A DNA stretch of 64,000 nt from Longimicrobiales bacterium (GTDB taxonomy: Bacteria > Gemmatimonadota > Gemmatimonadetes > Longimicrobiales > Gaopeijiaceae): contig OZ242008.1 in NCBI GenBank assembly GCA_965204735.1, forward strand, positions 2,016,001 to 2,080,000. Direction: 5' to 3'. Made by a program: the position numbers and the translations under genes. A model generated the notes under the pieces. It had not been told where the DNA came from. It did no database searches and saw nothing but the letters and a program-made list of their open reading frames with translations. Of this stretch, positions 30,468 to 40,185 are shown piece after piece. The number at the start of each line of letters is the position of its first letter. Position 1 is the stretch's first letter.

Positions 30468-31601
30468 CTAACCGCCCATGGAAGTCGCCGCCCGCCCGCG
30501 ACCGCCCGGCCGCTGCCTTCGACGCCCGTGCCTCGTCCAGATGAGCACGGCGCCGCAGTCGTTCTGCGCGCTGAACTGAATCGGCGTGCGCGTCCCCCAG
30601 TAGACCTCGGCCAGCTCGACCCACTCCGGCGAGATCTGGTCGATGTCCACCGAGCCTTCGACGTCCGGGTTGAACTCGACTCCGTCCACCCAGACCGACA
30701 GCTCGCACCCCCGGGCGTAGACCACGGCCCGAGACGGAAAACTGAGCAGGCCTCCCTCGCGGCGAACCTCCAGCCCTGGCACGTGACGGAGAGCGTCGGA
30801 GATCCGATGCGACGCCTGCCGTTCGATCGCTTCCCGCGTGAGCACCCTGTTGGCGATCCCCCTTGCCAGCCTGTCGTACACGCCGTGGGCCTCCAGGAGG
30901 GGCAAGCGCACCTCGACGACGACCGGGGGCAGCTCGATCGCCTTCACGGCCATCCCCACCCGCACCGCCGTGGTGCGTCCCGGGTGGAGGACGACGGGCT
31001 CGGTGCGAGGCGCGTAGCCGATCATCTCCACCGTCAGGCGCGTCAGGACCGGGGCCAGGTCGTCGAAGGCGACCGCGCCGCGGGCGTCTGTGGGGCGAGT
31101 CTCGCCGGTGAGCAGCGAGACTGCCGCGCCTTCGACGGGCCGCCCCGTCTCCGAGTCGGCGACGGCGACCACGAGCCGGGACGGGGCCGCCGGGTCGTCC
31201 ACGTCGGCCCGAACCATGCGAAGGACGAAGTCGCCCGAACGACGGACGCTGAAGCCGCCCTGGAGCGGCTCGTAGCCGCTTCTGCGCACCACCAGCTCGT
31301 ACTCGCCCACCACGGCGTCGAAGGATGCCCGTCCGTCCAGGTCCGTGACGTGGCGGCCGACGACGCCGGAGAGCTCGATCACCGCGCCCGCCAGCGCCTC
31401 CCTGCTGACCGAATCGCGCACGTAGGCGGTGATCAGCACCGAATCGGCACCGCCCTCCGCGACCTGGACGCCGGCCGCCGTCGGGAGCCCGGCCGGCAGG
31501 AGCCCAGCCAGCAGGAGAGCTGCCCGAACGACGGCGAGTCCCGGGCTCCGTCGGTCCCGCACGCGACGGCGCCGGGCCGGCACAACCGAGTCTCCCAGCA
31601 T
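30468..31601 (-). CDS. secreted protein with two carboxypeptidase-regulatory-like domains and a TonB plug domain, no barrel
   Basis: Signal peptide, two beta-sandwich repeats, DALRHVPGL...VWVDG...AEVYWG...CGAVLIWTR; AGGAGG RBS. Confidence 0.82.
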   Translation of the reverse strand: MLGDSVVPARRRRVRDRRSPGLAVVRAALLLAGLLPAGLPTAAGVQVAEGGADSVLITAYVRDSVSREALAGAVIELSGVVGRHVTDLDGRASFDAVVGEYELVVRRSGYEPLQGGFSVRRSGDFVLRMVRADVDDPAAPSRLVVAVADSETGRPVEGAAVSLLTGETRPTDARGAVAFDDLAPVLTRLTVEMIGYAPRTEPVVLHPGRTTAVRVGMAVKAIELPPVVVEVRLPLLEAHGVYDRLARGIANRVLTREAIERQASHRISDALRHVPGLEVRREGGLLSFPSRAVVYARGCELSVWVDGVEFNPDVEGSVDIDQISPEWVELAEVYWGTRTPIQFSAQNDCGAVLIWTRHGRRRQRPGGRGRAATSMGG

Positions 31602-31604
31602 ATC

Positions 31605-31856
31605 GACCTCCTTGCGGCTCCTCGGACCTCCTTGCGGCTCCTCGCATGATAGGGGAGGAACGACGGGCCGCGCCACCGTCGGAGTCCCCGTAGGGACGCC
31701 GGAGTCCCCGCAGCGACGCCGTCAAGCTGCCGGGACCCGCACCGCCGGGACCCGCACCGACCCGCTGCCGGGCACCCGCACCGCCAGGACCCCCACGGAC
31801 CCGCTGCCGGACACCCGCACCAGGACCCCCACGGACCCGCTGCCGGACACCCGCGC
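31605..31856. repeat. cluster of short tandem duplications in a divergent intergenic region
   Basis: gacctccttgcggctcctcg x2 (31605-31644); cggagtccccgYagSgacgc x2 (31680-31719); 34-bp caggacccccacggacccgctgccggacacccgc x2 (31785-31854) plus partial copies from ~31731. Confidence 0.9.
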
Positions 31857-32009
31857 GGGTTGTACGAGCGGCCCACTGTTGTACCAGCGGCCCGATCTCT
31901 GTATACTGGAAGGAAGCGAACGTGGTTCCGGCGGTGCGCCGCGCGTGTCTTCCCTAGCCGGGCGCTTGGCGCGCCTCGGGGCCGACGGACTTTTCCGGAG
32001 GACGCCCGT

Positions 32010-34481
32010 ATGAGCAAGTACGCCTTGGCGCTGGCGGCGGCGGGCGTCGTCGGCATCGGCTTCGCCAGGCCCGCTCCCCAGGGAGGCCCGTCAGGGCCGG
32101 CGAGCGTGTCGTCCTGGGCCGACGAACCCGTGGCGAACGAGGTCGTCGAGGAGTACTGCCTGCGCTGCCACAGCGAGCGGCGGCAGGTCGGCGGCTTGGT
32201 GCTCGAAGGCTTCGACGTCGCCGAGGTCGAGGGGCGGCGCCCGACGGTCGAGAAGATGATCAGGAAGCTTCGGGCCGGGATGATGCCGCCCCGGGGAGTT
32301 CGTCGGCCCGAGGCGGACGTGCTCTCGGCGATGGCCGTGGAGCTGGAGGCCGAGATGGACCGGATCGCGGCCGAGAACCCCGATCCGGGCCGGCGCACCT
32401 TCCAGCGCCTCAACCGCGCCGAGTACGCCGCGGCGGTCAAGCACCTGCTGGGAATCGACGTGGACGTGGGCGCCTTCCTCCCGCTGGACACCAAGAGCGC
32501 CAACTTCGACAACATCGCCGACGTGCAGATGCCGTCGGCGACGGTCATGGAGGGCTACCTGCGGGCCGCGGGCCGGATCAGCCGCCTGGCGCTGGGCGAC
32601 CCGGAAGCCGAGGTGGGCTCGACGATCTACCGCATTCCCCGCGTGGCTTCGCAGAAGGAGCGCGCGGAAGGCGCCCCGGTCGGGACGCGAGGCGGACTCT
32701 CGGTGGTGCACAACTTCCCCGCCGACGGCAAGTACGTCTTCCACGTCATGCCCTACGCCGCCGTCGAGGGAGAGGTCTTCGGCCGCACCTTCGGCTTCGA
32801 GCAGATGGAGGTCTCGATCGACGGCGCCCGGACGGCGCTCCTGGACGTGGACCGCTGGATGTCCGAGTCCGAGCCCACGGGCCTCAACATCCGGAGCGAC
32901 TCGATCTACGTGACCGCCGGACCCAAGCGGGTGTCGGTGGCGTTCGTCCGCCAGTTCGAGGGGGTCGTGGACGACCTGATCCGGCCGATCGACCACACGC
33001 TGGCCGACGGGCAGATCGGGATCGGCCTGGGCGTCACGACCCAACAGCACCTTCAGCGCGTCACGATCCTGGGACCCTTCGGCGTCACGGGCGTCTCCGA
33101 CACCCCGGCGCGGCGCTCGATCTTCACCTGTCGGCCCACGGCGCCGGAGGAGGAAGAGCCCTGCGCCCGCGAGATCGTCGAGCGGCTCGCGTCGCGGGCG
33201 TACCGGCGCCCGGCCGTCGCAAGCGACGTGGAGGGCCTCTTGGGCTTCTATCGGAAGGGAGCGGCCGACGGCGGCTTCGAGGCCGGAGTCCGCACCGCCC
33301 TTCAGGCCGTGCTGGCCAGTCCCCACTTCGTCTTCCGCCTGGAGAAGCAGCCCGAGGGGGCCGAAGGAGCGTACAAGATCGCGGACTTGGACTTGGCGTC
33401 GCGCCTTTCGTTCTTCTTGTGGGGGGCGCCGCCCGACGAGGCGCTGATGGAAGTCGCCCGGACGGGAGCGCTCTCGGAGCCCGCCGAGCTGGAGCGTCAA
33501 GCACGTCGAATGCTCGGCGACCCGAGGGCCGAAGCGCTCTCCACCCGCTTCGCCGCCCAATGGCTTCGCCTGCAGGACCTGGAGAAGATCCACCCCGACG
33601 CCCTGACCTACCCCTACTTCGACGAGACGCTGGCCGACGCCATGCACCGGGAGACGGAGCTCTTCTTCCACCACCTGGTGAAGGACGACCGGCCCGTCAC
33701 CGAGATGCTCACCGCGGACTACACCTTCGTGAACGAGCGGCTGGCCCGGCACTACGGGATCGCCGGCGTCACCGGCCCCGACTTCCGGCGGGTCTCCCAC
33801 TCCGCCGGCCACCGACGGGGGCTGCTGGGCCACGCCAGCATCCTGACGCTCACCTCCCACCCGGACCGGACCTCGCCCGTGCTGCGGGGCAAGTGGGTCC
33901 TGGAAGTCTTCCTGGGCGCGCCGCCGCCGCCGCCGCCACCGGACATTCCCGCCTTCGAGGAAACGGCCGCGGCCGAGGAAGGGCGCTTCCTGACGGTGCG
34001 GGAGCGAATGGAGATGCACCGGGCCAACCCGGCGTGCAACTCGTGCCACTCGGCGATCGACCCGCTTGGGCTGGCGATGGAGAACTTCGACGTGACCGGC
34101 GCGTGGCGGATCCGGGACGGGGGCAACCCCGTGGACCCGGTGGGCGTGATGTACGACGGCGTGGAGCTGGCCGGGCCCGACGATCTTCGCGAAGCCCTGC
34201 TCCGCTACCGGGAAGTGTTCTACCGCACCTTCGCCGAGAACCTCATGGCCTACGCCCTGGGGCGGCGCGTAGAGTACTTCGACATGCCCACGATCCGACA
34301 GATCACCCAGGACGCGTCGGCCAACGACTACCGGATGTCGTCGTTCGTGCTGGGCGTGGCGACGAGTCCGGCGTTCCGCATGGCCAGGGCCTCGGCCTCG
34401 GCCGAGGAGCAAGCCGGAGTCGGTCCCGATCCCCGGTCCCACGGCCTTCCTTTCCCGAGCTCTCTGCCCCAACAACCGTAG
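32010..34481 (+). CDS. DUF1592-family (DUF1587/1595/1592/1588/1585) c-type cytochrome-like protein
   Basis: CLRCH and CNSCH CxxCH motifs; RLNRAEY, LASRLSFFLW, RTSPVLRGKWVL, IDPLGLAMENFD. Confidence 0.9.
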   Translation: MSKYALALAAAGVVGIGFARPAPQGGPSGPASVSSWADEPVANEVVEEYCLRCHSERRQVGGLVLEGFDVAEVEGRRPTVEKMIRKLRAGMMPPRGVRRPEADVLSAMAVELEAEMDRIAAENPDPGRRTFQRLNRAEYAAAVKHLLGIDVDVGAFLPLDTKSANFDNIADVQMPSATVMEGYLRAAGRISRLALGDPEAEVGSTIYRIPRVASQKERAEGAPVGTRGGLSVVHNFPADGKYVFHVMPYAAVEGEVFGRTFGFEQMEVSIDGARTALLDVDRWMSESEPTGLNIRSDSIYVTAGPKRVSVAFVRQFEGVVDDLIRPIDHTLADGQIGIGLGVTTQQHLQRVTILGPFGVTGVSDTPARRSIFTCRPTAPEEEEPCAREIVERLASRAYRRPAVASDVEGLLGFYRKGAADGGFEAGVRTALQAVLASPHFVFRLEKQPEGAEGAYKIADLDLASRLSFFLWGAPPDEALMEVARTGALSEPAELERQARRMLGDPRAEALSTRFAAQWLRLQDLEKIHPDALTYPYFDETLADAMHRETELFFHHLVKDDRPVTEMLTADYTFVNERLARHYGIAGVTGPDFRRVSHSAGHRRGLLGHASILTLTSHPDRTSPVLRGKWVLEVFLGAPPPPPPPDIPAFEETAAAEEGRFLTVRERMEMHRANPACNSCHSAIDPLGLAMENFDVTGAWRIRDGGNPVDPVGVMYDGVELAGPDDLREALLRYREVFYRTFAENLMAYALGRRVEYFDMPTIRQITQDASANDYRMSSFVLGVATSPAFRMARASASAEEQAGVGPDPRSHGLPFPSSLPQQP

Positions 34482-34504
34482 CCACCACCCACGAGGCACC
34501 CTCG

Positions 34505-35893
34505 ATGGAAATCCTCACCGGCAAGCACGTCTCCCGTCGCGCCATGCTCAAGGGCGCCAGCGCGGCCATCGGCCTTCCCCTTCTCGACGCCATGATCCCG
34601 GCGGGGCGCCGCTGGGCGACCACGGAAGCCGGAAGGGCCGCCGGCAGCACGCGCCTGGTGTGCATCGAGCAGGTGCACGGCGCCGCGGGCTGCAACGACT
34701 GGGGCGCGTCCCAAAACCTGTGGGCGCCGGCCGCGACGGGGAGGGAGTTCGACCTGTCGCCGACCAGCCTCAAGCCGCTCGAGCCGTTCAGGGACTACCT
34801 GACGATCGTCAGCGACACCGACGCCCGGATGGCCGACGCCTACGCGCCCAGCGAGATCGGCGGCGACCACTTCCGCACCAGCGCGGTCTTCCTGACCCAG
34901 GCGCACCCGAAGCAGACCGAGGGCTCGGACGTCCACGTGGGCACCTCGCTCGACCAGATGTACGTGCAGCGGTTCGGCCAGGAGACGCCGATTCCCTCGC
35001 TGCAGCTGTCGATCGAGAACGTGGACCAGGCCGGCGGATGCGCCTACGGCTACGCCTGCGTCTACACCGACACGATCAGCTGGGCGTCCCCCACGCAGCC
35101 CTTGCCGATGATCCGCGACCCCCGGGCCGTCTTCGAGCAGCTCTTCGGCGCCGGAGGGACCGCCGAGCAGCGGGCGGAGCGCCTGGACACGGACCGGAGC
35201 ATCCTGGACTGGGTGATGGGCGAGATGTCGTCGCTCCGGCGCCAGCTGGCGCCCGCCGACGCGCACCGGCTGGACCAGTACGCCGGCAACATCCGGGAGC
35301 TGGAGCAGCGCATCCAGCGGATCGAAGCGCAGAACGCCAGCGGCGAAGAGCGGCAGATCCCCGAGGCGCCGGTGGGCGTGCCCGACTCCTTCGAGGAGCA
35401 CGTGAAGCTGATGTTCGACCTGCAGGTCCTGGCCTTCCAGTCGGACGTCACGCGGGTCTTCTCGTTGAAGCTGGGCCGCGACGCCTCGCCCCGGGTCTAC
35501 CCCGAGTCCGGCGTCGACACGCCCTTCCACGCGGCGTCCCACCACGGCGGCCGCGAGGAGCGGGTGCGGGAGTTCGCGAAGATCAACGAGTACCACGTGT
35601 CGATGGTCCCCTACTTCCTGGAGAAGCTTCAGAACTCGGTCGAGGGCGACGGGAGCCTGCTGGACAAGACGATGGTCGTGTACGGCTCGGCCATGGCGGA
35701 CAGCAACCTCCACAACCACGCCCGCTGCCCCCTCTTCCTGGTGGGCGGCGCCAACGGCGCGCTGGAGGGAGGCCGGCACATCCGGGCCACGCCGGGCACG
35801 CCCATGGCCAACGTCATGCTCGCCATGCTCCACAAGCTGGGCGCGACCGACGTGGAGAAGTTCGGGAACAGCACCGGCCACTTCGCCTTCTAG
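34505..35893 (+). CDS. DUF1552 (HXXSHH) protein
   Basis: SRRAMLKG...LPLLDAM N-terminus, HAASHH motif; canonical partner of DUF1592. Confidence 0.9.
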   Translation: MEILTGKHVSRRAMLKGASAAIGLPLLDAMIPAGRRWATTEAGRAAGSTRLVCIEQVHGAAGCNDWGASQNLWAPAATGREFDLSPTSLKPLEPFRDYLTIVSDTDARMADAYAPSEIGGDHFRTSAVFLTQAHPKQTEGSDVHVGTSLDQMYVQRFGQETPIPSLQLSIENVDQAGGCAYGYACVYTDTISWASPTQPLPMIRDPRAVFEQLFGAGGTAEQRAERLDTDRSILDWVMGEMSSLRRQLAPADAHRLDQYAGNIRELEQRIQRIEAQNASGEERQIPEAPVGVPDSFEEHVKLMFDLQVLAFQSDVTRVFSLKLGRDASPRVYPESGVDTPFHAASHHGGREERVREFAKINEYHVSMVPYFLEKLQNSVEGDGSLLDKTMVVYGSAMADSNLHNHARCPLFLVGGANGALEGGRHIRATPGTPMANVMLAMLHKLGATDVEKFGNSTGHFAF

Positions 35894-35906
35894 CCGGAGG
35901 CAGCAG

Positions 35907-37820
35907 ATGAGGAAGACGACCGCAGACGGGTTTCGCACCGCGTTTCGGCTCGCGGCGTTGGTCGGAGCCGTGGTCGGGACGGCGGCGCTCTCGGCGCCGG
36001 TTGCCGATTCCCCGGTCGCCGACGCTGCGGAGCGGGGCGACGTGGAGGCGGTGCGCACGCTGCTGCGCCAAGGCGCCGACGTGAACGCGGCCCAGAACGA
36101 CGGCATGACCGCGCTCCACTGGGCGGCGTCCCGCAACGACGTCGAGATCGCGCGCGCCCTGCTCTACGCCGGCGCCACGGTCCGGGCCGCGACCCGCCTG
36201 GGCGGGTACACGCCGCTGCACTTGGCCAGCCGGGCGGGGCATGTGGAAGTAGCCGAGCTTCTCTTGGAGACGGGCGCCGACCCGAACGTGTTCACGGCCA
36301 CCGGCGTCACGGCCATGCACTTCGCCGCCGAAGCCGACGCGGCCGAGGTGGTGGAAGCCTTGGCGGCCCGAGGCGGCGACGCGAACGCACGGGACGGGTT
36401 CTCGGAGCGCACGCCTCTCATGTTCGCCGCGGCGCGGGGCGCGGACGGAGCTGTCGGGGCGCTGCTCGACGCGGGCGCCGACCCGTCGCTGGCGACCCGG
36501 GTCAAGGACTACGAGGCGCTGGACCAGAGCCTCCGCGCCGAGCAGCGGCAGCGGGCGCGGGTGCGGGCGGCGGCCGAGGAACCGGAGGAACCGGAGCAGC
36601 AGCCGGAGGCGCCGGGAGCGCAGTCCGAACCGCCACCGGGAGCGCCGCAGCAACCCGGTGCGCAGCGACAAGCTCCCGGGGCGCCCCAGCCGGCTGCTCC
36701 CGCTCGCCCGCAAGCGGATCCGGCGAAGCCGTCCCAGGGGCAGGCCGCCGAGACCGTGGAGCCCGAACTGCCGCCGGAGCCCCCGGTCAAGGCCCTCACC
36801 TCGGCCCAGCAGATCGGGAAGCAGGGCGGCTTCACGGCGCTCCACTACGCGGCGCGGGAGGGCTACCGCTCCACGGCGGCGCTGCTGGCCGACAGAGGCG
36901 CAGAGATCGACCAGCCCACGGAGGGCGACGGTTCTTCCCCCATGCTGGTGGCCGTCGTCAACGGCAACTACGACTTGGCGCGGGACCTGCTGGAGCGAGG
37001 CGCAGACCCGAATCAGGTCAGCGACGACGGCGCCGGCCCCCTCTTCGCCACGCTGAACATCGAGTGGTCGCTGCGGACCTGGTATCCCCAGCCCCAGGCG
37101 TTTCGCCAGCAGGAGACCGGGTACCTCGACTTCATGAGGCTGCTGCTGGAGGCCGGGGCGGACCCGAACCAGCGGACCACCACCCACATCTGGTACGCCG
37201 CCTACAACGCCGGGCGGATGGGCGTGGACTTCACGGGCGCGACGCCCTTCTGGCGCGCCGCCTACGCGACGGACGTGGACGCGATGCGCCTGCTGGTCGA
37301 GCACGGCGCCGACCCCGAGATCTGGACGATGCGGCTTCCCGACCGACGCCGCTTCCGCGACCCCAACTTCCCCGACACCCGGCCCGAAGATGCTCCCCTG
37401 GACCCGTCGGGGTTGCCGCCCGTCCCGGTGGGCGGCCCGGCGGTGCATCCGCTGCACGCGGCCTCCGGCGTCGGCTTTGGCACGTCGCGGGTCGCGCAAC
37501 AGCACCGTGCCGTGCCCGACGGCTGGCTGCCGGCCGTGCGGTACTTGATCGAGGAGGTGGGCGTGGACCCGAACCTTCGCGACAAGGACGGCTACAACGC
37601 GATCCACCACTCGGCGGCCCGGGGCGACAACGAGACGATCCTGTACTTGGTCTCCCAGGGCGCCGACGTCCACGCGATCAGCCGGCGGGGCCAGACCACG
37701 GCCGACTTGGCCAACAGCCCCGAGCAGCGCGCCCAGCCCCATCCGGCGACGGTGGCGTTGCTGGAGAAGCTCGGCTCCCGCAACAGCCATGAGTGCCGGT
37801 CGTGCGGGGGGAGCCTCTAG
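35907..37820 (+). CDS. secreted ankyrin repeat protein
   Basis: Multiple G-x-TALH/TPLH...GADPN repeats, signal peptide, P/Q/E-rich linker, terminal CRSC. Confidence 0.92.
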   Translation: MRKTTADGFRTAFRLAALVGAVVGTAALSAPVADSPVADAAERGDVEAVRTLLRQGADVNAAQNDGMTALHWAASRNDVEIARALLYAGATVRAATRLGGYTPLHLASRAGHVEVAELLLETGADPNVFTATGVTAMHFAAEADAAEVVEALAARGGDANARDGFSERTPLMFAAARGADGAVGALLDAGADPSLATRVKDYEALDQSLRAEQRQRARVRAAAEEPEEPEQQPEAPGAQSEPPPGAPQQPGAQRQAPGAPQPAAPARPQADPAKPSQGQAAETVEPELPPEPPVKALTSAQQIGKQGGFTALHYAAREGYRSTAALLADRGAEIDQPTEGDGSSPMLVAVVNGNYDLARDLLERGADPNQVSDDGAGPLFATLNIEWSLRTWYPQPQAFRQQETGYLDFMRLLLEAGADPNQRTTTHIWYAAYNAGRMGVDFTGATPFWRAAYATDVDAMRLLVEHGADPEIWTMRLPDRRRFRDPNFPDTRPEDAPLDPSGLPPVPVGGPAVHPLHAASGVGFGTSRVAQQHRAVPDGWLPAVRYLIEEVGVDPNLRDKDGYNAIHHSAARGDNETILYLVSQGADVHAISRRGQTTADLANSPEQRAQPHPATVALLEKLGSRNSHECRSCGGSL

Positions 37821-37822
37821 CG

Positions 37823-38365
37823 ATGGCCGGCGTCTATCGCTTGAGCGCAGCGGTGGTTGTAGTCGCGGTTGCGGCTGCGCTTCCGGCCTTCCCCGCCCCG
37901 GCGGCCGCCCAGGACACGGAGTGGAACCGCTACACGCTGGAGGGGCTGGAGGGCGTGCACGTCCGGGCCGAGACCAACGAGGCGTGCCAGGGCGCCGGCT
38001 TGTCGGCCGAGTCCGTTCGAGCCGACTCCGAGGCCGCGCTGAGCGAAGCCGGCGTGCCGTTGCTGACCCGCGAGGAGATGCTGGCCGCGCCGGGCCTCCC
38101 GGAGCTCCGCGTCACCTTCGAGTGCGGCGGCGGGGTTGCGGGCGTGGTGGGCTACTCCGTTTCCGTCCGGGTCCAGCAGGCCACCCAGATGATCCGCGAC
38201 ACCCAGATCACCCACTCGGAGGCGGTGACCTGGTACGCGACCGCGGTGGGCGTTTCCGAGGCTGCGGGCACGGCTGCGGCCATGGGGACCGCGCTGGGTG
38301 CGAAGCTGGCGGAGTTCGCCGAAGCCTTCGAGGCGGCGAACGCGGAGGAGGAGGGTTCCGGCTAG
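37823..38365 (+). CDS. hypothetical secreted protein
   Basis: Signal peptide ending AAAQ, host-like codon usage, 2 nt after the ankyrin gene stop. Confidence 0.75.
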   Translation: MAGVYRLSAAVVVVAVAAALPAFPAPAAAQDTEWNRYTLEGLEGVHVRAETNEACQGAGLSAESVRADSEAALSEAGVPLLTREEMLAAPGLPELRVTFECGGGVAGVVGYSVSVRVQQATQMIRDTQITHSEAVTWYATAVGVSEAAGTAAAMGTALGAKLAEFAEAFEAANAEEEGSG

Positions 38366-40170
38366 TCGGTTGGCGACGACGGCGCCTGGTCCCACAGGCG
38401 CCACCTTTCCATCGCCCAAGACGCGAGCCGCTCCGTCCTCTCGACCAAGGCAGCCTTGTCGAATGTGCCTCCGTACCTCGGACAACTTGCGAATTTTCTG
38501 ACACTGACATAGCAAGATGCTTTGTACAACTCCGTTGCCGCCATCTTCTCCTGCGGACTCTTGTGGCCACACCTTGAGTTCATCCTGCTTGTCAGTGGAA
38601 GGATGTTGCCAAGTCGGTCGACGTGTTCCCAGTATTCGTACTGGTCGGCGAATCCGTAGCTAGTCACATCAAACAGGTCGGGGTCGGAAGGCAAGATGTG
38701 CTCTCTAGTAATCTTCTTCCGAACCAATTCTCTCAGTTGGTCCAAGGTATGCGGCCTGCCTTGGCGGTACTCGTCGTACCTTATCACCAGGTGACCCAGT
38801 CCGGCGTCGCCGAATGTCGAGGCGGTCAAGACTTCCCGTAGAACATGCTCAGGCATGAACTTTAGTGAAATCCACCTAAGCCAGTTTCCGATACTTGGTG
38901 CCTCCATGGTTCGTGACTTATGCGACAGCTTCCCAATGTCCGCAGCCGAGCTGCTCCTCCCTATCTTGTACACCCGCATGTCGCAGACCTCCAGGCATTT
39001 TAGCAAATCCGGCCCGTCATCAATGAATGCCTTCTCCAGAATTCTTCGCTGATGAAGACGGATCAAGAGTGGATACAGCCTTGCGGAGAAGCCGAGCACG
39101 ACAAATAGCCTATACAGCCTTGCGTCGGTCTCGATCCGTTCCACCAATTCTCGGAACGCCCGAAAAAACTCGCAGAGATCGTGAGTATAGTCATCGATAA
39201 ACGACTTGAGAGTGCTACCGTCGTCGCGATGCTTGAGCATCGTCTGTTTCAGAAGTCCGTCAAGCACGGTGCGGTCAGAAACCTTGTACTCCCCACCACC
39301 TATAATTGCAACCTCTGGATGGTCGTAGGCAAGGTAGTGGTATCGAAGAACCTCATCCTCCAAAAAGTTGGCTGCGTATATGTGATCTACTCGGTACTCT
39401 TCATTCCGAACGAGTTCCTTTATGCGGTCAAAGGCAACAAAGCATTCTCCAAACCGCCGATTGATCGCCTCGTCCAGCTCGCCGTCCAGGTAGCGATTGG
39501 AGTAATAGATCAGCAGGGCCTTCGCCTTGTCCATTGCAGACAGCGCCAGGCCTCGGTCGTTGATCGTCTGGAACATGCGGATGGCACGGCCTGTGTCGTT
39601 GGCGCTGAACTGGATGACCTCCATTCTTGTGATGGTCTGGATCCACCGCCGCACCCGGTCGTCGCCACCATCCTCATGCAGAGATTGGGCCCGGTCACAT
39701 GCGATTTGATAAGCGTCACGAAGTCGTCGCCTGCCACCGGTGAGCTCGAACGGGTCGCCATCCGCAGTTTGTCGCCGGATCCGGCGGACGGGGCGGCAAT
39801 CATCGTCGCTCAGCAGCTTGGCCACGAAATCGTTGTTGGCTCCAAAGTGCAGCCTAAGGTCGTCCGTGAACATGCCTTTGATCAAGATGGCAGCAAACTT
39901 TCCTTGCTCGGGTTTCGGTAGTTGCTTCAGGAGTGCGCTTACGACCAGGACGAGCGTCGTGAGCCGCTGCTGACCATCGACGACCTCGAATGGTCCGTCG
40001 TCTTCCGCTCGCGATAGTACAAACGTCCCCAGGTAGTGCGAGAGTTTGCCCTGCACAGCCTCGTCGATATCGTTGAGCAAGTCGTCGACCTGGGTGCGTC
40101 CCCAGGAGTAGTCGCGTTGATACGACGGTATCCTGAACGTCTTGTCGGCCAGGAACTCCAGGAGCTTCAT
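38362..40170 (-). CDS. GmrSD-like protein (DUF262 + DUF1524/HNH)
   Basis: IPSYQRDYSW, VVDGQQRLTTL, FQTINDRG; C-terminal EHILP...RLGNILPL...N; lower GC than flanks. Confidence 0.9.
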   Translation of the reverse strand: MKLLEFLADKTFRIPSYQRDYSWGRTQVDDLLNDIDEAVQGKLSHYLGTFVLSRAEDDGPFEVVDGQQRLTTLVLVVSALLKQLPKPEQGKFAAILIKGMFTDDLRLHFGANNDFVAKLLSDDDCRPVRRIRRQTADGDPFELTGGRRRLRDAYQIACDRAQSLHEDGGDDRVRRWIQTITRMEVIQFSANDTGRAIRMFQTINDRGLALSAMDKAKALLIYYSNRYLDGELDEAINRRFGECFVAFDRIKELVRNEEYRVDHIYAANFLEDEVLRYHYLAYDHPEVAIIGGGEYKVSDRTVLDGLLKQTMLKHRDDGSTLKSFIDDYTHDLCEFFRAFRELVERIETDARLYRLFVVLGFSARLYPLLIRLHQRRILEKAFIDDGPDLLKCLEVCDMRVYKIGRSSSAADIGKLSHKSRTMEAPSIGNWLRWISLKFMPEHVLREVLTASTFGDAGLGHLVIRYDEYRQGRPHTLDQLRELVRKKITREHILPSDPDLFDVTSYGFADQYEYWEHVDRLGNILPLTSRMNSRCGHKSPQEKMAATELYKASCYVSVRKFASCPRYGGTFDKAALVERTERLASWAMERWRLWDQAPSSPTD

Positions 40171-40185
40171 CCCGGGTCGCCCCTG

